Shown: positions 25,140-38,659 of the stretch, in pieces
How positions within the stretch are numbered: the stretch's first letter is position 1
Layout of the letters: each line of letters opens with the position of its first letter
DNA from: Glaucostegus cemiculus
Taxonomy: Eukaryota
DNA length: 64,000 nt
Reading direction: 5' to 3'
NCBI GenBank assembly: GCA_976551045.1
Contig: CDPCPM010000103.1
Span: 11,842,001-11,906,000 of the forward strand
Made by a program: the position numbers and the translations under genes
The notes under the pieces: model-generated
The model's input: only the letters and a program-made list of their open reading frames with translations
Told to the model about the DNA's origin: nothing
Database searches by the model: none

Positions 25140-25705
25140 CTTTGACATCGGACAAAACCATACCCCAGGCTTTACTGGCTGACAAATCTGTCAGGACTTT
25201 TAAATGTTTCTTAAAATCATCTGACTATCAAAAGGAACTTATCTACTCGACAAGAACAAGTTAACCATGTGATGGAATACTCTCCACTTGCCTCAGAAAG
25301 CTCAACACAAACCAGGATGAAGCAGCCCACTTAATTAGCATACCAATACACCACCCTAAACATTCACCTCTTCCACCAATGTTACACAGTGGCTGCAGTA
25401 TGTGTACAAAATCCACTGCAGTCACTCACCCAGGCAGCAATGATGGTGTATCCCAAACCCATGAAATATTGCATCAAGAAGGACAAAGACAGCAGGTGGT
25501 TGGAAGCACCAATACCTACAGGTTCACCTCTAAGCCACACACACGTCCCGACTTGGAAATTCCCTACCCAATGGCAGAGTGGGAGAAGCTTCATCAGAAA
25601 GACCGCAGTTGCTCAAAAAGATAGCTCACCTCCACCTTTTTGAGTGCATTTAGGGATGGCTATAAAGTGTGGCCTTGCAAGTGATGCCCATCTGTGAAAA
25701 TAAAG
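25140..25705 (+). mobile_element. LINE 3' end (CR1/L2 group, family unassigned)
   Basis: 'gatggaatactctccacttgcc..caggatgaagcagccc' and the tail 'tagggatggc..ggccttgcaagtgatgccca'. A related tail occurs at about 35465 and 52280. Confidence 0.6.
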
Positions 25706-26129
25706 GAGCTATTAAAGGTGAAATAAATAATTTATTTCACTTAATTTTTAAAAAATATTAATCTTTAAGTAAAAGAAATAAAATCATTTAAAAGCAATTA
25801 AAACATCTCTTAATCACTGAATCCATAAAATATAACACATTTTTTTTAAAGCAACTTACATTCTCCTTGTTCCTAACCTCTCCATATACCCCACCAGTCT
25901 GCATTGAAATCGATGGGGTGACAGAGCCTGCAAAAAAATCCAAGAACCAATTTGCCATCTGAGGAATCTCATTAAGTTGGAGCTTCATCATTGAAGTCCC
26001 CATGTTGAAACATGCTGTTAACTATTGTCAAGCAAGTTTGGGTCTTCTATATTTGACCATGCATGTGCAGATGTCCTGGTCTTGGAGGCACTTCAACAAG
26101 TGCCGCTGGTTCCACTTAGAGATTCTGAT

Positions 26130-26430
26130 ATTTCTACAATTCCTCTAGATCCACCATATTGTCTCTTTACCTGTCCACCACTCCCTTTTGCCTTGCACCA
26201 ACTTCCTTTATGCTATTTAACTTTTTCTGACTTCCATCCTTTGACCTTTCCCCTACTCCTCCCTCATTCCTTTATCTTCAAAGCTTGTGTTTGTTTCAAA
26301 CTTCAGTTGTGATAAAATGTCATGAACCTGAGATACCGTGTTTCCCTCTCTACGGATGCTGCCAGACCCATTGAGTGCATCCAGCATTTTGTTTTCACTT
26401 CAGATTTCAAGCATTCACAGTATTTTGATT
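26130..26430 (+). mobile_element. Penelope-like terminal region
   Basis: 'ctctctacggatgctgccagacccattgagtgcatccagcattttgtttt' is the complement of the 17805 and 45120 blocks. Confidence 0.65.
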
Positions 26431-26769
26431 CCTTGTTCACAGTGATAGATCTATTTGACTCTAACTCAGCAATTATGTGGCATTGTCAACTATTCACTGA
26501 AATGTACACTGACATCCCATAAGAAGTAGTTTTTGGAAACCTTTAACTCTCACTGACAGCAGAGACAAGTTGTGCAATTCTACTGGTGCTTGTTGAGCTC
26601 AAAATCCATCCCTTTAGTCTGTGTAATGCCATCAGTGATGGCTATCAAAAACAAAACAAAATATACTCTCCAACACACAGTATAACATATATAGCAAAAA
26701 CTGAAGACAGAAAAGTGGGTGACAACTAAAGAGGACAAATGTATTTTCTCCATCCCTAATGTTATATTT

Positions 26770-27090
26770 TTCATATCTCCTTAAGATTTCCTTAAAATGG
26801 CTAACGTGAGGGAACATAATTTTAAGGTGATTGGAGGAAGATATAAGGGGGATGTCGGTGTTAATTTTTTTTGACACAGAGAGTGGTGGGTGTGTGGAAC
26901 GCACTGCCGGGAGAGGTTGTTGGGGCAGATACATTAGGGACATTTAAGAGACTCTTAGACAGACGCATTAATGATAGAGAAATGGGGTGGCTATGTGGGA
27001 GGGAAGGGTTAGATCTTAGAGCAGGATAAAATGTCGGCGCAACATTGTGGGCTGAAGGGTCTGTACGTGTTGTAGTGTTCTCTGTTCTAT
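26770..27090 (+). mobile_element. CR1/HER1-like LINE 3' end
   Basis: 'ttttgacacagagagtggtggg..tggaacgcactgcc' and the tail 'gggctgaagggtctgtac..tgttctatg'. Confidence 0.85.
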
Positions 27091-27091
27091 G

Positions 27092-27385
27092 GAGGAGGCT
27101 GCCATTTGGCCCATTTCATTTTTCCAGGTTCTCAGAGCAATCCCATTCCCCCATTACTTCCCTATAACCTGTTATTTCGCCTGTTAACACCTCCCGGATA
27201 GTCCCACACTCGGGGTAATTTACAGAAGCCAATTAAACCAACAACCAGCACATCTTTGAAATACAGGATGAAAACAGAACACATGGAGAAATCAAGGGAG
27301 AATATTGCAAACTCCACACAGACAGGTCAGAACTGATCCCATGTTGCTGGGCTGTGAGACAGCTGCACTATCTGTGCTGTCACTG
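27092..27385 (-). mobile_element. Decayed HE1/V-SINE-like element
   Basis: Similar to 3945-4182/5019-5105 and 18168-18480 ('gcaaactccacacagac'). Confidence 0.65.
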
Positions 27386-27575
27386 AAAAGAGAAGTAACG
27401 ATGCTTGTGACCTAGACAGAAATGATGGAAAGAAAAGGCACAATTAATTAACTCTGTTAATATAGTGAATGGCGTGGCAGGTTTGTCGATTTGTTTTATA
27501 TATGTTTTCTTTCCATTTGCTTGCTCTTTGCTAGATGTTGCACTTTTCTCATGAGCACCATTTCATCGCGAATGA

Positions 27576-27831
27576 TTTTTTAAATTTAAAATTTAAATTT
27601 TAAATTTTATTTACAGTGTGGTAACAGGACCTTCTGGCCCAATGAATCCGCACCGCCCATTTTAAACCCAAATTAACCTACCCGTACGTCTTTGTAATGT
27701 GGGAGGAAACTGGAGCAGCCGGAGGAAACCCATGCAGACACAGGAGAACGTACAAGCTCCTTACAGACAGCGACGGGAATCGAACCCCGATCACTGGCGC
27801 TGTAATAGTGTCACACTAACCGCTACACTAC
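27576..27831 (-). mobile_element. tRNA-derived V-SINE, tail type B
   Basis: Reverse complement closely matches 22653-22942. Confidence 0.9.
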
Positions 27832-28267
27832 AGAAAATTTCATAAGGTTGTTTGACTATGTGGGGCTTCATAGCCAGATTCTAATGTGTAATCACTCTGT
27901 CTATTTGCACAATATTTCCAAGGGGACACTATAAGTAGCTTGGGAACTTTGACTCATTTTCTCCAAGAAGTTCAAGTTGTTCCATCCATCTCACTCTATT
28001 AAAATCCTCACTGTCTATTGGTCACCCAACCTCTTCAGTAAATTTCTTCCCAAGATATACTCACTCCTTCCCTCCCTCAGGCTTTGGATTACCTTCCCAA
28101 TCTAAATTACAAATATCATCCTAACTTGCCTCTCTCTCTCTCCTTTCTGTTACTTTGGTAGTTTATGGGTCCAGTTAGGGGCTGATAGTGCTTGCATGAA
28201 TGACTACGGTTCCAAAATGGCATCCAAGGCACAAATGCACACTTCTGAGATAAAGCCAACTGGTTTA

Positions 28268-28955
28268 GAATCAGAATCAGGTTTATTATCACTGACAGAT
28301 GTCAAGAAATTTGTTGATTTGTGGTAGCAGTACAAGACATAAGGACATAAAAATGACTAAGTTACAAAATAAATAGTGCAAAAGAGGAATGATGAGGTAG
28401 TGTTCATGGGTTCATGGACTATTCAGAAATCTGATGGTGGAGGGGAAGAAGCTGTTCCTGAAACTGTGGGTCTCCAGGCTACTGTACCTCCTCCCTGATG
28501 GTAGTACCATGAAGAGGGCATGTCCCGGATGGTGAGGGTCCTTAATGATGGATGCCGTCTACTTGAGGCACCACCTCTTGGAGATATCCTCAATGGTGGG
28601 GAGGGTTGTGCCCGTGATGAAGCTGGCTGAGTCTACAACCCTCTGCAGACTCTTTCAATCCGGTACATTGGAGCGTCCATACCAGGCAGTGATGCAACCA
28701 GTCAGAATGCTCTCCACCATACATCTGTAGCAATTTGCAAGAGTCTTTGGTGACATACCAAATCTCCTCAAACTCCTAACAAAGTAGAGCCACTGGCATG
28801 GCTTCTTCATGATTGCATCAGTATGTTGGGCCCAATATAGATCCTCCGAGATGTTGACACCCAGGAACTTGAAGCTGCTCACCCTTTCCACCACTGACCC
28901 CTCAATGAAGGCTGGTGTGTGTTCTCCCGACTTCCCTTCCTGAAGTCCACAATCA
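28268..28955 (-). mobile_element. Rex1/Babar-clade LINE 3' end
   Basis: ORF 28655..28972(-): VERVSSFKFLGVNISEDL..LRRFGMS..VESILTGCITAWYG. Tail (gattct)n. Confidence 0.9.
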
Positions 28956-28959
28956 ATGG

Positions 28960-30345
28960 TTGCGCTTTTCATTAGGAATAACAGGTTTCCCTGTGATACA
29001 AGGTGCCATTGATTCCATGAATATTGTTTTATACATAGTTCACATCAGTCCTCCCACGTGCCTCCATCAATTCCATTCCTTCACGCTGCAGCACATCAGT
29101 GCCCACTGTCCCAACAATGGTCACAGTGTCTTCATTCTTCAGTCCCCATGCCAAAACAAAGGGAGACTTCTATTGACATCTCCCATTGACAACATGGCTT
29201 TTGCCTCTCAGGCATTTGTGAGCAATCTGCAACCAATGCCACAGCCCTTCTGCCACAAGCAGTCTGGCTCAGCAGGCTACTGGCTTACTGAAGCATTACT
29301 TTGCCTAGATTACTGTGGGGGTACTTTGGTTTACTCAGCTGAGTGGGTCTGAAGAGTCATGTTGACATACAGCACACTGCACAGCCTTCCCATTAATGTT
29401 TGCCAATAGCTATCTGGTGAGAAGCTGAGGGCCCAGTTTTTGGCACATTTGGACTCAGTGTCTCAGATCCTGCCACAGTCCTAGTCCATATGTAACGCTA
29501 CAGGTGTGAAATCAAATGCTGATTAGGCTTTATCATGAGATTCTTCTCCCCTGCCTCAACAAGATGCAATTCTTTAGAATGTGATAGGTAGATGGAACAA
29601 GTGGAGAGTTTTGTTGAGGGAAAAGGAGAAAAGAAAGCTGTTAAGTCAAAAGTGATGAAGGTAAATAGAGTGTGAGGAGGAGGATTAGGCATGAGGATAG
29701 GGTTATCTTCAGACCCACTATCCACAGCTACCAGTTGTCTGCTCTGTGTGGGTTGGTAAAAGCCAAGCATATCATTAACCCCTTGTTAGTTTGTGCTATC
29801 TTTGGTTAAAGACTGCATCACCCTGCAAGAAAGGGGGAAGTGTTTCATTAAATGCTGTGGCATTTGTTTGGACATGTGTCTATCATAGCTGAACAGCTAG
29901 TAACTTGTCACAGTGCTGCGTTTGTGAGGGTGAAATGAAGCCTATTAATGTTATGTGATTGAGCACTGTTTGAGGGAAAACGTTGGTAGGTGATTGATGG
30001 TGGTGTGGTGAATTGAAAATTATCTAAAGCTAGTTGTACGGTTGGTAAAATATAGTATTCTTAGCTGTATTCATTAATCATGATCACTAATATGAGGCCA
30101 GTAAATCTCTTCCGGCATTATACAAGGGTGTCCACAGCTAAGCTCCCTCCCCACTGCCTTCATGTTGCAGAAATGGAAGGCCTCTTGGCTTTCTTCAAAT
30201 AGATGCCATCCCCCTTTCTCATCTCTTCCACGAAGCCTCCAGTGTAGCCTGGAACCTTTGGTGCACACTCTCTCCCAAGGGCAGCTGTTGTTGATTTTTG
30301 AACAGCATCCTGCCATGATATTAGAACCTCTAGTAGACACAGTAC
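28960..30345. mobile_element. Decayed PIF/Harbinger transposon: DDE transposase remnant (+) and Myb/SANT-like remnant (-)
   Basis: GFPVIQGAIDS and LCLDYCGGTLVYS (compare GFPxVxGAIDC and FRCLDxSGGxLxYS). The minus strand at 30074-30340 gives WQDAV..CRKRFTGL. Confidence 0.7.
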
Positions 30346-30689
30346 ATCCCTCCTTTTAAGAGGTACAGGAAAGATTTAACCAGTGAGGGCTAATTTTGAT
30401 GGTATTAGAAACTATCCAAAATGGCACCCTGCCAACAAGCAACACAGGTAGCAGTGGCTGCATGCTGAAATCATGATGATGATTGGATATACAAGGTTGC
30501 CATACACCTCATCACATAGAATGGGCAAGGAGTTAATCATAATCCCCCCTCATGATTTTATGGACTAACCAATTTATCCGCTGTGCTCTTTCATGGTGAG
30601 AGCTTGTAGAAGTTGTATGCTGTCCCTCAAATATTCTTGCCTCTCATCAGTCAACTGGGGGTGATGTGCTGTGCTATGCACTTCCCACA

Positions 30690-31245
30690 AGCATGCTTAT
30701 TACATTCATCATGCATCAAGATCCTCATCCACACCTACCTCAGCTCTAGGCTTAACTACTTTCTTCTTCTTCTTCTTCTTATCACTGCCACCCATCCTTA
30801 ATGCCTATAAAGATTAGTGTCTTGATCTCAAACTGTCTTATACTGTCCTTCTTATCCACTGCTCCTGTCCCTGCTGACATGCATTGCTTCCTGATTTACA
30901 TTTGCTTCAAATTAACAATTCTGTTCCTTGAGTTTAAGTCCTTTTTTTTCACCTTGTTCAAACTGACAGTTCCTTTGATTCTGGCTTCTCAAGTATCACC
31001 CTCACCCCAAGACCACCACTGCCAGGCCTGCCTATACCTCTGCAATTCCTTACCCAAACCTGCTGCCTCTTCATTGCCAACACTCCCTTAACATTCACCT
31101 CCAAACACACTTTTTCATCAAAGTTTTTTATTACTCTTCACTGTATCTTTTGAAGGCTCTGATTCATCTGATTACTCCTCAATGAAATATCTTGAGATGT
31201 TTTTCTGTGTCAATAGCCCCATATTAAATGCAAGTTGTTGTTGAT
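30690..31245 (+). mobile_element. L2-like LINE 3' portion
   Basis: 'cctgtccctgctgacatgcattg' (PVPADMH) and the terminal 'aaatgcaagttgttgttg'. Confidence 0.65.
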
Positions 31246-32230
31246 ATATATTACCACCTTGACTTTTCCCCAAGTGAAGAAGCTACATAAACACAAGGTC
31301 AACATAATAGAGGGATAGGGTTAAATAAGGAAATGAGGGAGAAAGAACATGTGCACTGCACAATTGGAATGAGCTGCCTGTTTCTGCACTGTGTATTCTG
31401 TTTGGTTCTCTGCAGAAAGCAGACCAAAATCAGTTGGCTATCTAGAAGATCAAGATCAGTAACAGCAGTAAACCATGCACTGATTTATTTACCTAATATA
31501 CACGAAGAAACATTATACACATTTTGCAGAATGGATGCAATGAAATTCTCCATGCTGCCTGGTCATGAAAATAAGTATTCAGCTGACTAAAGCTTTGAAC
31601 ATTGATTTACTTAGCTAGGTTCCTAAAGTTAAACTGGTCCAGACTCTTTAAGGCAAAATAGTTCCTGTTACTGCTTTTGGAATACAAATCACTCTTTGTC
31701 TTCGAGAGAGAGACTTCTCTGTCGTCTGCATTAAGTCTGTGTTTAGACAATACTCTTTCCATGGTTTAATGAGTCACAATGAATATTTCACCAGCACTAA
31801 GTGAAGACAGAGGAGGCCATATTTACTGATGACCCAAATACCTAACAATGGTATGGCTAGTTCAACCCAGAGCTCATTATTTCTGAACTACAGCAATTGA
31901 AGGATTAAGCATTCTATTTGAAGCTACTCTATATTTCCCCTGAGAGTTCAGGTGATAGTGATTTAATTACTTTTGACAGAGCCCTAATAGGGCAGTAATG
32001 TTACTTTTTTTAAATCAGCACAAGCAATAGAAGCAAGTTTACAAATAAAAGTATTATCCACAGAGATTCTCCCATTGTTATTTCCAGGAATATGTTCATG
32101 AATATTCACAGAGATTTTCCCTTTATTATTCTGAGATTCAATCTTCAATATTCACAGAGAGCCATCTCATCATTTTTCACAACTAGTATATAATGGGGTC
32201 CACATCTCCTTACAAATGTGAATAATTTTA

Positions 32231-32505
32231 CATTACAGCGCCAGTGACCCAGGTTCAATTCCGGCCACAGTCTGTAAGGAGTTTGTACGTTCTCCCTGTG
32301 TCTGTGTGGGTTTCCTCCGGGTGCTCCGGTTTCCTCCCACGTTCCAAAGACGTACGGGTTACGAAGTTGTGGGCATGCTATGTTGGCGCCAGAAGCGTGG
32401 TGACACTTGAGGGCTGCCCCCAGAACACTCTACGCAAAAGATACATTTCACTGTGTGTTTCAATGTACATGTGACCAATAAAGAAATCTTATTTTATCTT
32501 ATCTT
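32231..32505 (+). mobile_element. tRNA-derived V-SINE, tail type A, 5'-truncated
   Basis: Box B 'ggttcaattcc', V-domain and the tail 'aataaagaaatcttattttatcttatct'. Confidence 0.9.
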
Positions 32506-34569
32506 TTTTTCCTGAAAGTATTGGTTCATAGAAGAGTGTGGCTGCATGGATTTAGAACACTCTCGAGAAGATTGCCTAAATAACCATTCTTTATATTTGA
32601 GTGTAGATAATAAATGTAGAGCGACAACTTCACCATGGTGATAAACGCACCTGGGAATAACTTTAGTCTCAAGCAATGTTCATGCTTAACTTATAGCTGT
32701 AGCTACTGGGCAGTGGCACAGAACGGAATACCTGGCTGATCCCTCTCCTTCTCTCATCCAAGCTACGCATTAATTTTTCAGAGGTTTGTGCATTTTCTTT
32801 CACATAACCAACCTACAGCTGTGAGCAGAGAGGTGGCTGCACTGTGTGGCGTGTGACAGCAACATCTGTGTTTCCTGCTCTGTGGGGAAGCCCACGATCT
32901 CTGCTCTGCTCCTTGCTGCTCCTAACAACTGAGATTAAAACTCAGCATGTGAGAAATTTGTGCAGGCGTACAATGGATTTATGAAGAGAGGGTCCCGTAA
33001 ATCCCTGGCAAAATGGGACAATGCGATATCAAGACCCATGCAATTCTATCATCCCTTTCACTTCAGATAAGGGTAGCAATTACCCTAATGTAATGCCTGA
33101 GTGTCTATAGTGAGGCTAGGACCCTTCCACTACTTCACATGTCAGGCCCATTACTGTTGTTACTGCTTTTGATGTTTCTACTTGCTTACTTGTATTAGTT
33201 AAATGTGACAGGCATGGACTTGAAAGCACAATGTTTCAAACTCCATTCCTCTCAAGAGGTTGGCTGGCTTCCAGAAACTGTGGTGAAACAATGGTAGAGT
33301 AATGGTTACTGTCCTCTGGGAGTTGGCACCTGACTTCAGACTGTGGGAAAATCTTTCATCTATTCACAGGGTGTCGTTATGCACAGAGTGTTTAATCTCT
33401 AGGACAAACAGGGAGCTAATACAAAAAGATTATCTGAAACAAAATACCCATACGGCTTCACTCATTTCGTTGAAACCTCTCGGACATTTAATGAGGATTG
33501 AATATGGCAGTAATGTTGTTTTACCCAGTCATTCAAAGCAGCCACGATTTCAAGAAAAGTCTATATATTTATACAACTAGATCCACCTGTGTTTATTCTG
33601 TGGACGTAGTAATAACATACTAAAATAAAACACAGGGTTACAAGACCAAGAAGTGCAGTGGATTTTTGCTTAGAGCTTAATGCCAAACTGCAGCTTCTAC
33701 TACTTGATGAAACAAAGATCAATTTGTTTTTTTTCATTTGCCCTTATAGCAAGGAGAAAAATATTATTACTGTTTAAAGCACACTTCTTTTTCAACAACC
33801 CATTGCAGAAATAAGATTTCAAGCTGTGTGTGTGGTACATTCCGACAGCAGTTTCAAGATGACCTATCCTCTGTTTACCAGCTCTCCTCTGATTGTCAAT
33901 TTGTGGCTGCTTGTTTGTTTCCTGCCCAGTAGGGGGTTATCCAAACTAATTTTTTTGTACAACTGGTGTAAGCAAAAGAAAGGCAAGATATCTATCACAG
34001 TAGCCTTGCCTAGACTTAAAAGGAGTCAAAGACCAATGTCAAACCTGTTCAGCCACCACCTTAAGGGGCTTATATGTGGCAAGCACAAAAAGAGAAAACA
34101 GAAACCACGTTGTACCGTCAGGGCTGATGGTACAACAGTACTTTAAAGATTTGTTTAAAATTTGGCATTACCATTGGCGTTATTCCACCAAGAACTTAAA
34201 TTTACATTGTAATATACAGTTAAACTCCAATAATGTGGCCCACTTGAGACTTCATTGGTATCAGATCAGCAGATTTTCTGCTCTACTGGATGTTACTTCT
34301 ACATATACCTCAACACCCTTTTACTTCACTTTTTTTATATGTAACACAGTACAATAATAAATTTTCCACATTACTCGGTGAACAGAAAAGGAATGTGAGA
34401 ACTGGGACCCCAGTAACTGGGGAGGGAGTCCAGCAAACATCACCTGGTGAGCCAGATGCCAAACCCCCACCAGGAAATCTGATTAATTGGATAGTGGATT
34501 ATGGAAGTTTTACTGTAACCAAAAGTACCTCCAAGAAGAGAAACTGGACATTAAAAAGTGAAGTGAGAT

Positions 34570-35330
34570 GATTTAATAGGCAGCTGAAGGCCTAATCAGA
34601 GGGATAGGCTTTGTGGAAATCTTGCAAGGGCAGAAAACAGCTGGGAATGAGTGTCTGATAATCTGGGACTAAATGACTTCCAACTCTGCAAATCAGGAAT
34701 AGGTGGTGTGAGGATACAAAGGCAGAGGTAAATGGTGGAGAGAACTTCTGACTCAGAGCAGTAGCAGGTTGAAGTTTTAAGATGGGGTTGAAATCAAGAA
34801 GGAAAGATAAAATCATAGACCCATTACAATGCAAGAGGAGGCCATTTCAGCCATTGAGTCCATGCTGGCTGTTAATTCAGACTCATTCCCTCTCTCCTTC
34901 TCCATGGCCCTGTAAATTATTTTCCCTTGATTGTCTTTCCAGTTTCCTTTTAAAAGCTCTAATTTGATTTCTTCCATCACCCTTACTGGCTCCGAGTTCT
35001 TAATTATTGTGAGTTCTTGATTATTTCTATTGAGTAGAAAAAGATTTCCCTCACCTCCCACCTGTATCTTTTGCTCTTCAGTTTAAATCCATGTTCCCTG
35101 CTCCTTGATGGGAAGAGCTTCACTCCACCAAAGTAAGGGCAAACCCAGCTTGAATGGAGACCTGGTGGAATTGTGAAAGCAAACCTTTTAAAGGAATGTG
35201 ACTCAGTGAATAATAGGAGAGAGCCAGTGGAGTTTTAGACAGGCTGCAGTTGATGAGGGAATTTGGAATGTGGCCTTGTATAAGGTTAAAGGCAGCATGC
35301 AAAAGTGAACGCTACCTGCCAGCAACTTCT
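34570..35330 (-). mobile_element. Decayed L2-like fragment interrupted by a CR1 3' end (about 34812-35110)
   Basis: The minus strand gives L2-like 'QIPSSTAACLKLHWLSPI'. The inner segment begins 'catagacccattacaatgcaagaggaggccatttcagcc' (CR1 tail complement). Confidence 0.5.
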
Positions 35331-37514
35331 CCTGTTCATCAACTTGGAAGTATAGTGTATTCCTTCTTGTTGCTGGGACTAGGACAGCACCTGTATCTGT
35401 AGGGGTTAAAGAAGGTGCTTTACCTACTCTGGGGGGCAGGGGCAGAGGGGGTGAAGGGTTAAGGACGCACACAAATAAGTCATGGCTTTGCTGGCAAATC
35501 CCATGCGTGAATAAGAGAAGAAAGGAGGCTGATGAGGAGTATGTCCAGCCCTGGAATTAACAAAGGCAGGAAGTTCCTCAGTATTGTTCACAAACATTTC
35601 CAGTATCTCAGCAGTAAATACACAAAGTGATTTTTTGGGTTATTGTTCTGAGATCTGTTTCAGTTGATCATTATAACCAGAACACCAAGCAGGAGAAAAA
35701 TAAATACTTGGGAATGGGGAATTCAGAGATAGGCCTTAGTATAATTTACTTATGAATAACCTAGGAGTTAACAAGCAAAGTGGTTCTGGAAGAAAACTAG
35801 GTGTGTTGAAAGGAAACATAAAATAAGACAGGATTGAAATTGTAATGAGCCTGCTGGAGGACTGAAGAGAAAGGGGTGAGTTCAAAGGTGAAGGCAAGAA
35901 TCTTGAAATTACTTGATAAATCACATACTCCTGTGGATGCTGGCAAGGGTCTTCATGATGGGAATGTAAGACTTTGTGCCATTGAGGGCACAGACTGCAG
36001 TGTTCTTGGCGTCGGATTAATCTTTACTCTTTACCCATGATGGTAGTGGATAACTAAAAGATAAAATGCATGCATCAGTACCTCAATCTACAGCATACAT
36101 GCACACCAGCATTTTTACAGAAGAAAATATTGGGATATCTGAGTATTATTATAGAGATGAAGCACACTTAACTAGGGCACTTACACTGGGTTTGTACAAT
36201 ACAGTTCAGACAGTGAGTTGAAGTTAACTGATGCTGCACAAATTTCCTAGGGGGTGGGTAATTCGGTTTTTGTGTTTGATGGTTCCTGCCTGTGACCGCT
36301 CGCCAAATACTCTTCTATTTGGCCAGCTGCCCCAAGGGAGGTGGAGCTGTAGGATGTTAATGAGCTTCTATACTTGGTAGGATTTCTGTGTCTTTGTCTC
36401 ATTGGGTTTGTATCTATTTGGCCTCCCCAGAAATATCAAGGTCTTCAATGCCCAAAACTGTGCAGAGTGGTGACAACTGTGTGATTTTTAAGATTTTAGC
36501 AGTAACAAGAAAGAGGTGAGAGTGTAAATGGACAAAGTTTTGGAAGTAGAAAAATGGAGCTCAAGGACAAAGAAGATACAAATTTAAAGCAATGTGGACA
36601 GGAGCAGGCTATGATTTTGCCCATCAGTAATATTATGCTAGTGTGTAAAATTAGACTGGCACGGGTCAGTGGGATGTAATGATGTACATCTGCAGAATAA
36701 ACAGGATTTCCTACAATCAATAGCACTATTGTTTTTCACATCCTGATTCTGAAAGGTTGGCCTCTTGTCTACACAATTCCACTGTGACCTAACTACAAAG
36801 GCCACATGTAGAAGATACAATGACCACAGCATTTTGTCTAATAATGAAATCATAGAAGACTGCATCACAGGATTTTTAAGTGATATGAAATTGAAATCAA
36901 TTTCACTTGAAACACAGTAACACCAATTTATGGTTCATTTTAACTGTCATTAGTCATAGCAGCAGCTCTCTATCTCACACATCCATGGACACATCAGAAT
37001 TTCTAGGTTTCCATTTTAGTTTCTTTTGGATGTCAGTTTAAACAATCTGAGATAATCCTGCACTTGGGCTTATGGACAATAAAGCAAATTTTAATTTAAT
37101 CATCCTTCTCCAATTATCTCCTCTCTGCTTTCCTTCCTTTCTGCTCTCTCAAAGGCATTGAACTGTTAATGTGATACAATTTCACAGATTGTGAACCTCC
37201 TTTACACTGCCTTTCCCATGTGGGAGCAGGGGGAATAAGTGTTCACACAATGTCCACATGTGCTCCTGCAGTGGGGGTTTTCAGATAGCTTACAACTGAG
37301 AACTGTGGTGTATTTTTAACTCAGTAACATGGATACTGCACCTTCCAGTGTCTGTGAGATCCTCAAACTCAACAGAGACTAAGACCAACCTGGCTTAGTC
37401 TGACAATTCAAATTACGAATGTCATAGATCATTTCTCACTGGAAAGCCACTTTTGCATGGAATTTAAAATCATTTGTAACTCACGTATTACAAATTTGTA
37501 AAAGAAAGAAATAA

Positions 37515-37820
37515 GGTTGTACTTGCATTGAACCTTTCATGTCCCATGAGTATCACAACATTTTGTATTGTGGTCACTTCTGTTATGTGGTTACAAGGAT
37601 CATCCAACTTGAACACAGCACGATCCTGCAAAGAGAAACCAGGCTACATAAACAGTTAATCTATATGTGGTGACGGGTTGATCAAACATCTGAAGGACTC
37701 CTTGCCTTTCTGTGAATGATGATATGGATTCTTGTATATCAAGCTAAACAGAGAGGAGCTGCCCTGGTTCAAGGTTACATTTGAAGGAGATATGACCAAC
37801 AATGTAGAGCTCACTCAGAT
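37515..37820 (-). mobile_element. DeuSINE/SacSINE1-like element, decayed
   Basis: Colinear with 23878-24280 and 52980-53370. Confidence 0.5.
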
Positions 37821-38279
37821 TGTGGTTAACTAGTTTGTTCCATCACTACCGAAAGTTATCATTTCTTATTGTCAGACCCACCATAAAATGTAGAATCATT
37901 TGCCTAGTTTTGCCTTGCATGTGGGTTTGTAACCTGTTCTGCATTGTAATTCAGTTTAAATATCCAGTGGTGATTCAGCAATAGACCCTCACAAGGATTT
38001 TGATTCTCTTCTCTGTGCTTTTTAATCTCTTTTTTCTCTCTGCCTCCTGTAGATTTATATTATTTTGGGATGCAAATTCTCTTTTGATGACTCAAAGGAA
38101 TTATTCCATTTAGTTCTATTAAAAAGTATAATATTTAGTATAATGTTGAATAACTATTAGTATAATGAAACAATGGGGAAGGGCTTAAAACCTGTTTGTT
38201 TCTATTATAAAATAGGTGATTAGGAGATTTTTTTTACAAGTGATTGATATACCTGTATCCTAGATGCTGTGTTATGTCC

Positions 38280-38635
38280 CACAAGATCCAGATGCCACAA
38301 CAAAATCTATGAGAGCTTGCAGATGGCTTGTCCATAAACTCACTTCCCTATAGCAGAGGTGTACATTACCAGTGGGCATAAGTTGAAGGTAAAGTTGGGG
38401 GATTAAACGGGATGCAAGTAAAATGTTTTTACACCCAGGGGGTGTTTGAAATCTGGAATGCACTGCCTGACATGCTGGTGAAGGCAGAAATTCTCACAAT
38501 TTTTAAGATGTATCTCAACAAGCAGTTGATTTGCCCAGGCATAGAAGGCTACATGCCAAATCCTGGTAAATAAAATTAATGTGGATGAATACTTAATGGT
38601 TGGTGTGGACGTCGTGGGATGAAGGACCTGCTTGT
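38280..38635 (+). mobile_element. CR1-like LINE 3' end
   Basis: 'ttttacacccaggggg..tctggaatgcactgcctga' followed by the tail. Confidence 0.75.
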
Positions 38636-38659
38636 CTGCTGCAAGACTCTATGATTCAA

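Noticed and set aside
32054-32165. Three 'tat[t/c]cacagaga' direct repeats about 45 bp apart
   Set aside because: Only three short copies, and the spacers are partly similar to each other. This fits a decayed tandem duplication.
33013-33072. MGQCDIK.. segment as a fourth, acylated first exon
   Set aside because: The nearest GT is a weak donor in phase 0, which is incompatible with EML1 exon 2.
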